This document shows positions 17,496 through 26,284 of a stretch of DNA of 32,000 nucleotides, piece by piece. Position numbers and translations under genes: made by a program. The first letter of the stretch is position 1; every line of letters starts with the position of its first letter. Origin of the DNA: Idiomarina loihiensis L2TR (lineage in GTDB: Bacteria > Pseudomonadota > Gammaproteobacteria > Enterobacterales > Alteromonadaceae); NCBI RefSeq assembly GCF_000008465.1, contig NC_006512.1, forward strand, positions 840,001-872,000, given 5' to 3'. The notes beneath the pieces are model-generated. The model was not told where the DNA came from. It saw nothing but the letters and a program-made list of their open reading frames with translations, and searched no databases.

Positions 17496-17729
17496 ATACT
17501 CGTGGCGATACTCCGCAGCGGAGTTAGCGTAATACCCGAATGTGTATTTTCGTTAAATCGACTACTTTCGAACAAAGCGACACATACCTTTCCCGAGGTT
17601 TTCGCCGTCTCGCGCAATAAACTCGTAATGCTGATAAAAAGCCTCTTTTCATTTTGTGACTCTGGTCACCCATTCAGCAAGGAACTGTCTAACGACATTC
17701 CCTCTTACTGACAGGGTCATTATATTCAA

Positions 17730-17966
17730 CTACTGGGACTCAGTATTTTCAGACAAGCTCTCTTTAACAAATAGCTCTACGAGTACTTTCTGAAAAGTGT
17801 ACAAACAAGCACCTATAGAGAAAAACGCTATCAATATCGGTGAAACAGGAGCACCTTCAAAAAGATAGCCGTTTAGAATTTGGCTTGCAACTACTAGTAA
17901 AATAACGGCAATGGCTGGTTTTACGCTATGTTTATTTATCAATTTTGAGATATCTCTTTTTGTCAT
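17730..17966 (-). CDS. Small two-TM membrane protein (78 aa) with acidic C-terminal tail
   Basis: SD GGAGAA 7 nt upstream. It is the last gene of an AT-rich three-gene co-directional cassette. Confidence 0.5.
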   Translation of the reverse strand: MTKRDISKLINKHSVKPAIAVILLVVASQILNGYLFEGAPVSPILIAFFSIGACLYTFQKVLVELFVKESLSENTESQ

Positions 17967-18002
17967 TCTGTTTTCTCCATAAATCCAACTAAGTAAACCA
18001 TT

Positions 18003-18209
18003 TCATTTTCTTGATGGACTCACGAACTGATAATTCTTAAACAAAATATAGCCAGCGAAAAGTATCATCAATAAAATAAAACTCGAAAACATCAAAGAAA
18101 AATCACGTTTCGCCAAGCTTATAAAGGTAAAAACTCCTAACGGAAAACAGCAAACCAGAATCTCAATAAAAGCTATTTTAAACCATGGCTTTTTAACCAT
18201 ACTGTTCAT
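18003..18209 (-). CDS. Small two-TM membrane protein (68 aa)
   Basis: SD GGGGAGGG upstream of the ATG. It starts 45 nt after the lipoprotein gene stop. AT-rich. Confidence 0.5.
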   Translation of the reverse strand: MNSMVKKPWFKIAFIEILVCCFPLGVFTFISLAKRDFSLMFSSFILLMILFAGYILFKNYQFVSPSRK

Positions 18210-18254
18210 TAACCCTCCCCATTAACTCATAACTCTTGAACACATCCAGATCAC

Positions 18255-18857
18255 CTACTCGGCCTCCCCACAATTAGGAATAGCATTAATATTGCGCTGA
18301 ATATCGCCGTCTAATTTAGTGATATCCATGTCCTCAAGGAACAAGAAAAAATCTTCATCGTCTTGAGTCTTTAAATAAACATCCAACTCTGAATTACTCC
18401 ATGAGAAGTTATCGCCACGGCAGGCAGAGACTAGTCTCACGTTCATACTGCCAGCTCCTCCGGCCTCATTCTTACTACGATACTCTTTTACAGCTTTCTG
18501 CCCTTCATACATTGTCTGTGCGTCTTGTTTTGATAACTGCATGATCGTTATTTTCTCGTTGTCCTCAATATCTTCTTTTAAGTTATCAGGAACGAGGTAG
18601 TCATCATTAATTATTACCGGAAAATTATGACTAAAACTGTATTCAGGATCGTCAGTTCGAAAATCAAAATCAATAACCACGTCGCCATCGCGCACGTCAA
18701 CGCCTTCCGGGGCCTTTACCGCAACAACCAACTGCTTCGGATCAGTCTCTAAAGGATTTAGATCCATCAGTTTTATCATGGTGCTAAGTGGAATGTTACT
18801 GCATGCCGTTGCCAGAGTTAGAATGCTGGCTAGTAAAATTATTTTTATTTTATTCAC
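18255..18857 (-). CDS. Acidic lipoprotein of unknown function (200 aa)
   Basis: GTG start with AGGA 6 nt upstream. The signal peptide has lipobox LATAC. The mature part is rich in D/E. I recognised no family. Confidence 0.65.
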   Translation of the reverse strand: MNKIKIILLASILTLATACSNIPLSTMIKLMDLNPLETDPKQLVVAVKAPEGVDVRDGDVVIDFDFRTDDPEYSFSHNFPVIINDDYLVPDNLKEDIEDNEKITIMQLSKQDAQTMYEGQKAVKEYRSKNEAGGAGSMNVRLVSACRGDNFSWSNSELDVYLKTQDDEDFFLFLEDMDITKLDGDIQRNINAIPNCGEAE

Positions 18858-19044
18858 AATGAATCCTAATTGTAAAAACCAAATGTAGAATTACATCTTA
18901 TATTGTTGAAAAAATGTAACTCCTGCAAATAACTGACTATGGTTATGCAGTAAAGTTTCAATCTTGGTTTAGGAAATTAATTTTCAGTGAACACCGATAA
19001 GATAGGCAAGAACCGGAAAGTTGGTTGTTATTTTGGCGAAACGG

Positions 19045-19440
19045 TTATTTAGACCATGCCCCATCTGCCGCTAATCCAAGCAGACGACGAAATTTCGGGC
19101 ACTCCATATGGCTTGGCGCGGAACAAGCGGCAGCATGTCGAAGGCCGTCGCGCATTCCTGTTAACTTTTGAATCGTTCTATCCAGTTCATCGGCCTTATT
19201 CGCTAATAACTCTCTATCTATATTGGGTTTTCCCTTTGAGCCGATCATGCGTGCAATTTCATCAAGTGAAAAACCTGCCGCCCGCCCAAGAGCGATCAAT
19301 GCCAATTGATCGAGTATGTTCGCGTTAAAAACCCTACGCAACCCTTGCCGCCCGACAGAAGTGATCAGTCCTTTCTCCTCATAGAAGCGCAAAGTAGAAG
19401 CTGGAACTCCAGAAAGTTTGGCAACCTTAGCAATATCCAT
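19045..19440 (-). CDS. MerR-family transcriptional regulator with C-terminal C-x7-C-P loop
   Basis: I prefer ATG 19440 (SD GAGGAA) over the track start 19527. MDIAKVAKLSGVPASTLRFYEEKGLI is the wHTH, followed by a long dimerisation helix. ACSAPSHMECP matches the spacing of the CueR loop ACPGDDSADCP. Confidence 0.88.
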   Translation of the reverse strand: MDIAKVAKLSGVPASTLRFYEEKGLITSVGRQGLRRVFNANILDQLALIALGRAAGFSLDEIARMIGSKGKPNIDRELLANKADELDRTIQKLTGMRDGLRHAAACSAPSHMECPKFRRLLGLAADGAWSK

Positions 19441-19449
19441 AAATTCCTC

Positions 19450-19480
19450 TTGACCTAAAGTTAACTTTAAGTTGTACGCT
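19450..19480 (+). promoter_or_regulatory. MerR-type promoter/operator for the DUF2938 gene
   Basis: TTGACC (19450-19455), 19-nt spacer, TACGCT (19475-19480). The spacer contains the perfect 14-bp palindrome TAAAGTTAACTTTA (19456-19469). Confidence 0.55.
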
Positions 19481-19499
19481 GTCATTGGTTCAAAATCAA
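19471..19499 (-). promoter_or_regulatory. Candidate divergent promoter for the merR-family gene
   Basis: On the minus strand: TTGATT (19499-19494), 17 nt, TACAAC (19476-19471). Its -10 overlaps the -10 of the plus-strand promoter, as in mer operons. Confidence 0.35.
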
Positions 19500-19519
19500 G
19501 ACGAACAAAGGAGATAATT

Positions 19520-20011
19520 ATGAGCAATTTTCTAGTTATAGTATTAATCGGGTTTGGAGCAACTGCAGTGATGGATTTGTGGAGTATCGTGCGTAAATCG
19601 CTGCTTGGTATCCCTCTTCCAAACTATGGAATGGTTGGGCGCTGGATTACCCACATGACTCACGGTCAATTCAGACATAACGCCATTGCGAAGTCCCGTA
19701 AGGTAACCGGGGAGCATTTTATAGGATGGACGGCGCACTATATAATAGGCGCTATTTTTGCTGCGTTACTCATTACTATTTGGGGAGAGTCGTGGCTTCA
19801 CAATCCGACAATTACCCCGGCACTACTAGTCGGTATAGCTACCGTTTTAGCCCCTTTTCTCATTATGCAGCCAGGTATGGGAGCAGGTATTGCAGCGTCC
19901 AAAACACAACACCCAGCCTCTGCCCGACTACAGAGCTTAATAACACATACAATTTTTGGTCTCGGCTTATATGTATCCGGCTGGGTAGTAAGACTTTTTT
20001 ACTCAATATAG
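19520..20011 (+). CDS. DUF2938-family integral membrane protein
   Basis: ATG 19520 is preceded by AAGGAG (19508-19513); the track start 19472 is a TTG inside the promoter. GFGATAVMDLW, GRWITHM.HGQF.H..I, GW.AHY.IG, MQPGMGAGIAASKT..P, HT.FGLGLY are motifs I recall for DUF2938. Confidence 0.8.
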   Translation: MSNFLVIVLIGFGATAVMDLWSIVRKSLLGIPLPNYGMVGRWITHMTHGQFRHNAIAKSRKVTGEHFIGWTAHYIIGAIFAALLITIWGESWLHNPTITPALLVGIATVLAPFLIMQPGMGAGIAASKTQHPASARLQSLITHTIFGLGLYVSGWVVRLFYSI

Positions 20012-20017
20012 AAATAC

Positions 20018-20034
20018 CCGAACCGCTGGTTCAG
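20018..20034 (-). terminator. Weak candidate terminator after mazG
   Basis: The minus strand reads CUGAACC-agc-GGUUCGG (7 bp, one G-U) followed by GUAUUUCUAUAUU. It lies in the 49-nt convergent gap. Confidence 0.3.
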
Positions 20035-20060
20035 CCGCATTTCCGATCGCAGGCTTGCCC

Positions 20061-20834
20061 TTACGCCTTCTTAGCTTGCAGCCAGAGCGCTTCGAGTTCC
20101 TCGAGGTTGCAGTCAGTTGGGTGTTTACCCTGCTCGCTCAGGCTTCGCTCTATATGCTGAAAACGGCTTTTGAATTTGTCGTTGGCGCGTTGCAGCGCGG
20201 CTTCGGGGTTTACTTGTTTGTGGCGGGCTAAATTAACTACGGCAAACAATAAATCGCCAATTTCTTCTTCAATATGGTCCTGGTCGGTAGCTTCTTTTAC
20301 TTCCTGAATTTCTTCGTCAACTTTGGCGTAAACGGGCTCGGCATCGATCCAGTCAAAACCTACTGACGCGGCACGCTTTTGCAGTTTGGCGGCTTTTAGA
20401 ATACTGGGCAGTTGGCTGGGTATGTCGTCAAACACAGAGCCTTTGGCGTCTTTCTTTGTACGTTCCTGCTGCTTTATCTGTTCCCACTGGGCTTTAATTT
20501 CGGCGTCAGACAGATTGCGCTGCGCATCGGTGCCGAACACATGCGGGTGGCGACTTATCAATTTTTCAGCGGTATGTGCAGCTATGTCGTCCAGCTCAAA
20601 CTGCTGCTCTTCACGCGCTAACTGAGCATAAAACACCACCTGAAACAGCAAATCGCCCAGCTCATCTTTTATCGACTGCCAGTTACCCGACTGAATGGCA
20701 TCTACCACTTCGTAGGTTTCCTCTATGGTGTAAGGAATTAACGAGGTCATGTTCTGCTTTAAATCCCAGGGGCAGCCGCTTTCTGGGTTGCGTAGCTGAG
20801 TCATAACCTGTTGCAGTTGTTGCATGCCTTTCAC
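20061..20834 (-). CDS. mazG: Nucleoside triphosphate pyrophosphohydrolase MazG
   Basis: LRNPESGCPWDLKQ, EE.YEV..AI and tandem MazG EExxE/D repeats. The track start is GTG 20834; ATG 20825 (MQQLQQV...) is an equally plausible start. Confidence 0.92.
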   Translation of the reverse strand: MKGMQQLQQVMTQLRNPESGCPWDLKQNMTSLIPYTIEETYEVVDAIQSGNWQSIKDELGDLLFQVVFYAQLAREEQQFELDDIAAHTAEKLISRHPHVFGTDAQRNLSDAEIKAQWEQIKQQERTKKDAKGSVFDDIPSQLPSILKAAKLQKRAASVGFDWIDAEPVYAKVDEEIQEVKEATDQDHIEEEIGDLLFAVVNLARHKQVNPEAALQRANDKFKSRFQHIERSLSEQGKHPTDCNLEELEALWLQAKKA

Positions 20835-20856
20835 TGAGGTACCTCTATTGTTTCAA

Positions 20857-23046
20857 CTAAAGCTTTAAAGTAATGCGCTGAACCTGCTCAACACCATGAA
20901 CCTGGCGCAGTCTGTCTGTAATACGGCTGAGCGCGTCGCTATCTTTTACGGTCAGAGTTAACACCACTGTCGCCGACTGTGACTTCGCATCGCTCTCGCT
21001 GTCCATTTGAGCCACTGCCGCCTTTTCATTCGACAGCACGCTGGTAATGTCATGTAACAAACCGTTACGATCTAAAGCCGACACACGCAGGCTTGCCCGG
21101 TATTCCTGTTTGGAATGCCCCGACCAGGACACTTCAATACCGCGCTCGGGGTGCTGATGCAATAAATGCTTCAATTGATCGCAGTCGCTGTGGTGTACGG
21201 ATACGCCACGCCCCTGAGTAATAAACCCAGTAATGGGCTCACCCGGCAGCGGCTCGCAGCAGTTAGCAAAGTGCATCATCAGGTTACCGATGCCTTCTAC
21301 CGTTACGTCCGACTTCGGCGTTTTTGGTGACTGCTTGGCTTTACGACGTTTAGTTAAGCGCTCTACTTTGTCGGCTTCGGTTTCCTGCGGTTTCAGGAAG
21401 TTCACCACCTGGTGCAAGCGAACGTCGCCAGCGCCAATAGCGGCTAACAAATCGTCCAACGTCGGCACGTTAAAGCGCTCGACCGCTTTGTTGGCATCCT
21501 GCACATGCAGTTGATACTTCTGCAGTTCGTTTTCCAGTAACTCTTTACCGGCCTGCAGGTTCTTTTCCCGGTCTTCTTTTTTGAAGTAGGTGTGAACCTT
21601 GGCTCGTGCCCGTGACGAATGCAGGTAACCCAGTTGCGGATTTAACCAGTCGCGCCGTGGTTGGGCGTTTTTCTGAGTCAGAATTTCAACCCGGTCACCG
21701 TTTTGCAACTGGTAAGTAAAAGGCACAATGCGGCTGTCGATTTTAGCGCCAATGCACTTATGCCCTACCTGACTGTGAATGTAGTAAGCAAAATCGAGCG
21801 GGGTTGAGCCCATGGGCAAATCGACCACCTCGCCCTTCGGGGTAAACACGTACACACGGTCTTCAAACACCTGCGAGCGAATTTCATCTACCAGCGTTTC
21901 GCTGCCGGCCATGTCTTCGTGCCAGGCCAGTAGCTTACGCAGCCAGGCTATTTTGTCTTCAAAACCGTGGCGTTTACCGGCGGCTGCGCCCTCTTTGTAC
22001 ATCCAGTGCGCGGCCACGCCCAACTCGGCGTCGTCGTGCATGTCGTGCGAGCGTATCTGAATTTCAACGTTCTTGTGTTCAGGACCAATAACCACGGTAT
22101 GTATGGACTGGTAGCCGTTCGGTTTAGGCGTTGCCACGTAGTCGTCAAACTCGGACGCAATATGGCGCCAACTGGAATGCACAACGCCTAGTGCGGCGTA
22201 ACAGTCTTTCAGGTTATGCGTCAGAATACGTACGGCGCGAATGTCGAACAGCTGGTCAAACTGCAGATGCTTTTTCTGCATTTTGCGCCAAATAGAATAA
22301 ATATGTTTGGGGCGACCATAGACATCGGCATCAATACCCTGCTGCTGCAGTGACTCCTGCAAACCTGACACAAAGTTATCTATGTAGAGTTCGCGGTCGG
22401 TACGGCGCTCATCTAAACGCTGAGCAATGGTTTTGTAGGTTTTAGGATGCAGGTAACGGAAAGAAATGTCCTCCAGTTCCCACTTCAGCTGCCCTATGCC
22501 TAACCGGTTAGCCAGCGGCGCGTATATTTCCGCGCACTCTTTAGCGGCCAGTACCCGGGTTTCTTCGTCGGCTTTCTTCACTTCGCGCAGGTAGCAAATG
22601 CGTTCGGCCAGTTTTATCAGCACCGCGCGCACATCTTCCACCATAGACAGTAACATGCGTCTCACATTGTCTATCTGGCTGCCGTCTGGCTGACCGTGTT
22701 GGAAGTGTTGTAAGTCACCTATACTTTGCATTTGCTGTACGTTACGCAGCAGCACAATCAGGGTTTTCGACTGTTTACCGGTGATTTTGTCTAAATCGAG
22801 CTTGCCTGCCTCCAGCAATGGCACGTATAACGCCGCCAGCAAGGATTCTGCATCCAGCTTTAGCGGTGCCAGTATTTCGACCATTTCCTGGCCTTTCAGC
22901 AAGGCTTCAGCTTCCTCAGGAAACTGCTGCTTCAGTTGCTGAAAAGTACTTTCTAACGGCTCAGGATCACTCACAGCGTTCAGCCAGTGCTGTTCACTGT
23001 CTTTGTATTTGGGGTCATCCACGTGGGTACTGCGTACATGGACCAT
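20857..23046 (-). CDS. relA: GTP pyrophosphokinase (ppGpp synthetase I) RelA
   Basis: 729 aa. MVHVRSTH N-terminus as in E. coli MVAVRSAH. Synthetase motifs PK.NGYQSIHTVV and RSHDMH..AE.GVAAHW.YKE are present, plus TGS and ACT-like C-terminal domains. Confidence 0.96.
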   Translation of the reverse strand: MVHVRSTHVDDPKYKDSEQHWLNAVSDPEPLESTFQQLKQQFPEEAEALLKGQEMVEILAPLKLDAESLLAALYVPLLEAGKLDLDKITGKQSKTLIVLLRNVQQMQSIGDLQHFQHGQPDGSQIDNVRRMLLSMVEDVRAVLIKLAERICYLREVKKADEETRVLAAKECAEIYAPLANRLGIGQLKWELEDISFRYLHPKTYKTIAQRLDERRTDRELYIDNFVSGLQESLQQQGIDADVYGRPKHIYSIWRKMQKKHLQFDQLFDIRAVRILTHNLKDCYAALGVVHSSWRHIASEFDDYVATPKPNGYQSIHTVVIGPEHKNVEIQIRSHDMHDDAELGVAAHWMYKEGAAAGKRHGFEDKIAWLRKLLAWHEDMAGSETLVDEIRSQVFEDRVYVFTPKGEVVDLPMGSTPLDFAYYIHSQVGHKCIGAKIDSRIVPFTYQLQNGDRVEILTQKNAQPRRDWLNPQLGYLHSSRARAKVHTYFKKEDREKNLQAGKELLENELQKYQLHVQDANKAVERFNVPTLDDLLAAIGAGDVRLHQVVNFLKPQETEADKVERLTKRRKAKQSPKTPKSDVTVEGIGNLMMHFANCCEPLPGEPITGFITQGRGVSVHHSDCDQLKHLLHQHPERGIEVSWSGHSKQEYRASLRVSALDRNGLLHDITSVLSNEKAAVAQMDSESDAKSQSATVVLTLTVKDSDALSRITDRLRQVHGVEQVQRITLKL

Positions 23047-23049
23047 GAT

Positions 23050-24402
23050 TTACGACGCTCTCTCCAGACAAACCATAGTTTCAATGTGATGCGTTTGCGG
23101 AAACATGTCAACTGTACTCAGGCCAATTATGCGGTAATTACAGCCCTTGCTTTCGGTTAGCATGCCGGCAATATCCCGCGCCAAAGTATCCGGTGCGCAG
23201 GAAACATACAAAATGCGTTGTGGTCTGTGTTCGGGCTTCAGCTTATGCAGCAACTTCACCACACCTTCAGCTCCTGGTCTGGCAGGATCTAAACACCACA
23301 AATCAGCGGGTTTGCCTAAGTCTGAAGCAGTTATTTCGTTTAAGTCAGCGCTAAGTGAACTCAGGTTATCCATACCGTTGCTTTCGGCGTTAATGCGCGT
23401 CTGCTCGGCCATACGGTAAACACCTTCTACCGCCAGTACCGACTGTGCCCGGCGCGCCAACGGCAGACTGAAGTTACCAATACCGGCGAAAAAGTCATAC
23501 ACGCGCTGTGTTTTTTCTGGCTTCAGCCAGTCCATAGCCTGTTGCACCATGCGCTGGTTAATACCGCCGTTAACTTGTAGAAAGTCACCCGGCTGAAAAT
23601 ACAGCTTGTCGCCGTCGATGCTAGTATCAAAAGGCATTGCAGCACCGGCTAAAGGCTGCAGATCATTCTCGCTCTGTAACCAAATATTGGTTTTATTGAC
23701 CGTTTGCCACTCCTGCAACGCCTGCATAGCATCACCCGGCAGCGCTTCCGTGATACGCAGCAAAATAACGGGCGTGTTGGTGTTTATTGCTTCAATATGG
23801 CCCAGCTTGCTGGCAACAGTCGATGTATTTAATAACGGGTATAGGGTATTTACGCAGTGCAGCAGAATTTCATCGGCTACCAGGCAATCTTCTATGGGCA
23901 CAATATGGTGGCTTTGCGCTTCTCTGAAACCAATCAGCAGCTTTTGCTCTTTGCCCAACCAGCGCGTTGCCAGCCTCACTCTGCGACGGTAACGCATCGG
24001 TTCGCTGACAAGAGGTTCCTGCCACGGCAGACTGCTGGTTTGGGGATTAAATACGCCGAACTTCTGAAACAGCTCTTCCACCACTTGCCGCTTATGAGCC
24101 AGTTGTTTTTGCTCGTCTATATGCTGAAAGTCGCAACCTCCACAGCTAGCATAATACTCACAGGGCACTTCGCGACGGTCGCTACTGGGTTCCAGAATAC
24201 GCTCTAAATGACCACTGTGTTTGCCGGCGGTTTTGTACTCTATAACCTCGCCCGGCAAGGCGCCCATGATAAAACGGGTGGACTGACCTTTTACAGCTGC
24301 ACGGACAACCGCACGCGCCTGATGGTCAAGTGCTGACACCTGACCTTTTAGGGTTTTACTTACGGACTTATTGCGCTTCTGCGGCTTAAAAAATTGCGCC
24401 AT
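23050..24402 (-). CDS. rlmD: 23S rRNA (uracil1939-C5)-methyltransferase RlmD (RumA)
   Basis: MAQFFKP N-terminus as in E. coli MAQFYSA, a TRAM domain, Fe-S Cys cluster C...CGGCDFQH, FFAGIGNFSLPLA, DPARPGA, YVSC.P.TLARD. Confidence 0.93.
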   Translation of the reverse strand: MAQFFKPQKRNKSVSKTLKGQVSALDHQARAVVRAAVKGQSTRFIMGALPGEVIEYKTAGKHSGHLERILEPSSDRREVPCEYYASCGGCDFQHIDEQKQLAHKRQVVEELFQKFGVFNPQTSSLPWQEPLVSEPMRYRRRVRLATRWLGKEQKLLIGFREAQSHHIVPIEDCLVADEILLHCVNTLYPLLNTSTVASKLGHIEAINTNTPVILLRITEALPGDAMQALQEWQTVNKTNIWLQSENDLQPLAGAAMPFDTSIDGDKLYFQPGDFLQVNGGINQRMVQQAMDWLKPEKTQRVYDFFAGIGNFSLPLARRAQSVLAVEGVYRMAEQTRINAESNGMDNLSSLSADLNEITASDLGKPADLWCLDPARPGAEGVVKLLHKLKPEHRPQRILYVSCAPDTLARDIAGMLTESKGCNYRIIGLSTVDMFPQTHHIETMVCLERAS

Positions 24403-24429
24403 GTTGGTTTTGTTTTACCTAATTTATTT

Positions 24430-24810
24430 CTAGTCTGTTTCTAAAATAACCGTTGCTACCGCGTAGTGCTTTTCGTCACTAATGGATAAATGACTACCGC
24501 TGATGCCCTGCTCTTTTACCCATTGTGCCGCGGTTTCGGTGAAATGCCACTCGGGTTTACCGTATTCATTATGCACTACCTGCATATGCTGAAACGACAG
24601 TCCGGCGGAAATACCCCGGCCAAAGGCTTTGGAACAGGCTTCTTTAGCAGCAAAACGTTTGGCCAGAAAAGCGGCTTCATCAACCGAGGCTGTCATTTCT
24701 TCCTGTTCTTTTGGCGTTAACACGCGTTTCACTAAACTGTTGCCACGCGCTAAAGACTGCTCTATACGGGCTACTTCAACAATGTCAGTACCTAAGCCCC
24801 AAATTGCCAT
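24430..24810 (-). CDS. acpS: Holo-[acyl-carrier-protein] synthase
   Basis: [26 protein letters not shown]. 126 aa. Its start overlaps the pdxJ stop by 1 nt. Confidence 0.93.
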   Translation of the reverse strand: MAIWGLGTDIVEVARIEQSLARGNSLVKRVLTPKEQEEMTASVDEAAFLAKRFAAKEACSKAFGRGISAGLSFQHMQVVHNEYGKPEWHFTETAAQWVKEQGISGSHLSISDEKHYAVATVILETD

Positions 24811-25538
24811 TAGCGTGCCTTATCTAAAATATTGCGCATATCGCGCACAGCCTGATCCAAGCCAACCAATACCGCACGGGCAATAATCGAATGACCAATG
24901 TTCAGTTCACAAACTTGTGGAATTTCCGCCACCTCTAATGTGTTGTGATAATGCAGACCGTGACCTACATTCACCTGCAAACCAATAGAATGCGCGTATT
25001 CTGACGCTTCCATTAAGCGTGCCAGTTCAACGGTACGCTGCTCTTCAGTTTCGGCCTCTGCGTATTGCCCGGTGTGCAATTCCACAATGGGCGCACCGGC
25101 TTTTTTAGCGGCGTCTATTTGCTCATGGTCAGCGTCAATAAACAACGACACCTGAATACCTGCATCACTTAAGCGACGAGTAGCATCGGTGATGGTTTCT
25201 AACTGACCGGCAACATTCAGGCCACCTTCTGTAGTCAGTTCCTGGCGTTTTTCCGGTACCAGACAACTGTAGGTAGGTTGCGTTTTTATCGCTATATCGA
25301 GCATTTCCTCGGTAACAGCCATTTCCAGATTCATGGGGACGTTCAATGTCTGCTTCAGCATAGCAACGTCGCGGTCAGTAATGTGGCGGCGGTCTTCACG
25401 CAAATGAATGGTAATGCCGTCGGCACCAGCTTGTTCGGCAATAGCTGCCGCAGCTACCGGGTCAGGATAACGGACTCCACGTGCGTTACGCAACGTGGCC
25501 ACATGGTCAATGTTAACGCCCAGGCGTAAACCTTTCAT
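24810..25538 (-). CDS. pdxJ: Pyridoxine 5'-phosphate synthase
   Basis: [46 protein letters not shown]. Confidence 0.95.
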   Translation of the reverse strand: MKGLRLGVNIDHVATLRNARGVRYPDPVAAAAIAEQAGADGITIHLREDRRHITDRDVAMLKQTLNVPMNLEMAVTEEMLDIAIKTQPTYSCLVPEKRQELTTEGGLNVAGQLETITDATRRLSDAGIQVSLFIDADHEQIDAAKKAGAPIVELHTGQYAEAETEEQRTVELARLMEASEYAHSIGLQVNVGHGLHYHNTLEVAEIPQVCELNIGHSIIARAVLVGLDQAVRDMRNILDKAR

Positions 25539-25576
25539 TATTCAGCTCCTTTCGCTTTCGGCTAGTTCTTCGTAAT

Positions 25577-26281
25577 TCACTGACGCTTAGTGCCCCGGAA
25601 CAATTCACGACTGCGCAGCGGTTTATCACCTAAGTAAACCGCTAAGGCGTCACGCATAATATATTTTAGCAGTCTTAAGCGGTTTTCGTCGTCAACGTCC
25701 CACGCAGCCAGTTTTTGAATATCCGCCACAGAGTATGCTCGTTGTTGATTATCTCTGGCTTGGGTCACAAAGCCATGATCGGGAATAAAATAGCACCACT
25801 TCGAGTCGGACAGCACATTACCGGTGTCGGCGTCATAATGCCAGTCAAACGCCGCTCCCAGATGCTGTAATAACTGCCATTCAAACTGACGCAAAGCTGG
25901 CTCTACGCGCTCGCTGTTGGTCATGTTTTGTAAGGCCGACAAGTAGCTTTCAAAAAGCTCGGGGGCTTCAGCTTCTGTAGGCACCAGCCGTTGAATTAAC
26001 TCGTTGAGGTAAAAGCCACTGTAGAGTTTATCACCCTGCAACAGCAGCTTTTGAGTGGTTTGCTGCGGTTCCAGCAAGGTTAAGGTTTTTAAGTCGCTGC
26101 GCCCCTGAAACTCGGCCAACAGTGGCATAAAAGGTTGTGCTAAACCGCGCCAGGGGCTTTTCGGGCGCTTAGCGCCTTTTGCCACCACCCGGACCCGTCC
26201 TTTATCTTCAGTGAACAGATCCAGAATAAGACTGGTTTCCTGATAGTCCCAACGATGCAACACCAGTGCTCGCTGCGCCAC
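25577..26281 (-). CDS. recO: DNA repair protein RecO
   Basis: 234 aa. N-terminal OB-fold region (A.VLH...Y.ETSLI.DLFTE..GR.R..AKGA), and the conserved position between era and pdxJ. Confidence 0.92.
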   Translation of the reverse strand: MAQRALVLHRWDYQETSLILDLFTEDKGRVRVVAKGAKRPKSPWRGLAQPFMPLLAEFQGRSDLKTLTLLEPQQTTQKLLLQGDKLYSGFYLNELIQRLVPTEAEAPELFESYLSALQNMTNSERVEPALRQFEWQLLQHLGAAFDWHYDADTGNVLSDSKWCYFIPDHGFVTQARDNQQRAYSVADIQKLAAWDVDDENRLRLLKYIMRDALAVYLGDKPLRSRELFRGTKRQ

Positions 26282-26284
26282 CGA

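Noticed and set aside
17496-17729. Short minus-strand frames (MTLSVRGNVVRQFLAEWVTRVTK-stop; ...FYQHYEFIARDGENLGKGMCRFVRK-stop) that resemble the FY...GF end of GNAT acetyltransferases, and the plus-strand 73-aa track ORF
   Set aside because: No intact ORF exists. The similarity is a few residues only, and the plus-strand ORF has no SD and implausible composition. I treat this as non-coding or decayed sequence and mention it only as context for the AT-rich cassette.
17730-18209. Idea that the two small two-TM proteins are holins
   Set aside because: Topology and size are compatible. However, there is no endolysin, spanin or any phage gene nearby, so the call would be pure speculation.
19726-20160. 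144-aa plus-strand ORF running from inside the DUF2938 gene into the mazG 3' end
   Set aside because: It is out of frame with a well-supported membrane protein and antisense to mazG, with Ser/Arg/Cys-rich composition. It is a shadow ORF.
20386-24207. Multiple 69-128 aa plus-strand ORFs antisense to mazG, relA and rlmD (e.g. 21233..21514, 23606..23992, 23857..24207)
   Set aside because: These are typical antisense shadows of long conserved genes in roughly 48% G+C DNA. They have no SDs and low-complexity Ser/Ala/Arg/Cys-rich products.
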